64,000 nt of DNA, taken from the NCBI RefSeq assembly GCF_009914755.1, contig NC_060925.1; one strand, given 5' to 3'. This document shows, piece by piece, positions 62,346 through 64,000 of the stretch. Origin of the DNA: the human T2T-CHM13v2.0 reference genome, Homo sapiens. Positions within the stretch are counted from its first letter, which is position 1; every line of letters starts with the position of its first letter. The position numbers were made by a program, and so were the translations under genes. The notes beneath the pieces are model-generated. The model was not told the DNA's origin. It saw nothing but the letters and a program-made list of their open reading frames with translations, and made no database searches.

Positions 62346-63934
62346 TAGAAACATAATTCTAAGATGAGAGTTAAATAGGTTCAAATTAGAATACAATAGA
62401 TTGGGGGCATGTGCCCAAGTTTCATTTAACTCAGTGAGGGAACCAGTAGGATGAAAAAGTTAGTTGAAATGATAATATTAAAGACTTGGTTATTGTTTTT
62501 TATAATGAATGGGGGAAAAAGGAATGCTGAGATAAGATTGCTAAATTAGATACAAAACTAGTCAGTTCTATAGGGCAATGAAAGTATAATCTTTAAAATT
62601 ACCCTTTCTACTGGTCAGAAAAGAGAATTGTCACACTTCATCCATTTTATTTGTTAGCCTCTAGCTATAAAATTGTTTGTTATGTAGATATGTGAGCTCC
62701 AAGCCATAGTGAATACAGTGTGCAACAAAATTACTTTCCCTGGAGAATTAGATGACTGTTAGGCAGCCTTTTTAAACAGTGCCCTAACATGACATTAAAA
62801 GGTCATGCAGCTATCGCTTAACCTTATTTCCAAGTTTTGAATGTTCTCCTTGATAGCTGCAATAATGAATACTCTGAACTTTACTCAGAGTTAAAGCTTT
62901 TTCCCTTCCTAGCATTAGTCTGGCTACCTGCAATGGCAGAGAGCTCTTCTTTCCTCTTGCACTAGACCAGAATAAAGGGGTACAAAAACAAAACCTCCCT
63001 TCACTCTCTGCCAAGCTGTGGTTGGGGTCTAGCAATCTAGGCAGCAGAATTAACAGCAGAATTAACAGCAGGATGGCATCAGATACTACTGGATAATGTT
63101 AACTATGCTGAAGAACAAATATGCTTATATGCTAAATACCAGACTGTAATGTTGTGGTGATTTCTGGGAAAAAGGAAAACTATAATAAAGTGAGAATAAA
63201 TAAAATGAAAAAAATTTTTAAGAGAAAAAAGGATAAAGATACAATAGGAATTAACATTTAATATGTGCAAAGTATTGTATCCCATTATAAACTGTTGTAC
63301 CTCCCTAAAATATGTGGCCAGTTGTACAATCTAAGATAACTCTAAAATATTACTTGGTAATTGGAATTGGATTTTATTTTTGTGAATTAAAAACTCACTA
63401 ATGAGCCTCACCCTCACAAAATTTCCACAAAACTAAGTACTTGGTTGATTTGAAATAATTTAAGGTTAAAAGTTGCTAAACATTCCAACCTTCAAAATAA
63501 GTATTCAAAATTTGCAAATCCAAGAAATTTACTGTCAGTTATTTTCATTTCCACTCAGTCTTTATAAATCCTTGTTTGTGTTTTTTCCACATAGAATAAC
63601 CTCTTACCATTTGAAATTTAGATTGTTATAGTTGAAGTTTATTTTTCTCCCCATTTTTTAGGCCACAGGAAATGGAGTCTGAAATAAAGCCACTGTATCT
63701 AAAACATTTATTTAATGGTAAAACTTGATGATTAATAGTATTATTAGCGTTTTAAAGACTATATGTTTAGAGTTTGAAGTAAAGCTCCAGTGTTAATTTA
63801 ACTTACTTTTCAAGGCTTAACGTGTTCTCATCTAAAAACAATGATGTCCAAAATTTCTGTTTTCTACTGTAAGTATTATGTATAATAAAATAGGTAGTAA
63901 ATCTATTCTAATGTGTTCTACTTATTGTCTGCAG

Positions 63935-64000
63935 AGGGACTGAAACTGGGCTGACCCTTTTGATTTCCAAACTCAGCGTTTTGGTGTAAGGCGGCCAAAG
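63935..64000 (+). ncRNA. LINC00467: Probable downstream LINC00467 exon (may run off the window)
   Basis: Branch-point-like ttctaat and pyrimidine tract ending ctgcag| at 63934, followed by non-repetitive sequence. Possible donor ggt|gtaagg at 63985. Confidence 0.5.

Overview
Primate genomic DNA, human or great ape. Gene order and protein sequence match my recollection of human chr1q32. The window opens with the last three coding exons and the 3'UTR of TRAF5 (+). A CpG-island promoter at ~14.3 kb then drives a multi-exon + strand transcript that I recognise as LINC00467/C1orf97. Splicing its exons by hand (23252-23309, 23439-23588, 28379-28443, 57822-57833) gives a 94-aa Lys/Arg- and Ser-rich microprotein that the six-frame ORF track cannot see. 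The introns are dense with transposons: about 30 Alus, old L1M pieces, a near-full-length L1PA4-6-type element on the minus strand, a full-length Tigger4 with nested elements, several solo LTRs, a truncated U6 retrocopy and an SNX25 processed pseudogene. The most unusual observations are: (i) exons 2-4 of the microprotein gene sum to 297 nt and, if back-spliced, form a stop-free circular ORF flanked by inverted Alus; (ii) a doubly truncated MER11/HERV-K(HML-8) fragment is bracketed by a ~190-bp near-identical direct duplication rather than a normal short TSD; (iii) the SNX25 retrocopy preserves an unusual isoform (TM-bearing 5' exon, 76-nt frameshifting insert, intronic polyadenylation); (iv) the microprotein's stop looks like a premature TGA inside a longer basic ORF. 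Repeat subfamily names and parental sequences come from memory, not from a database search.
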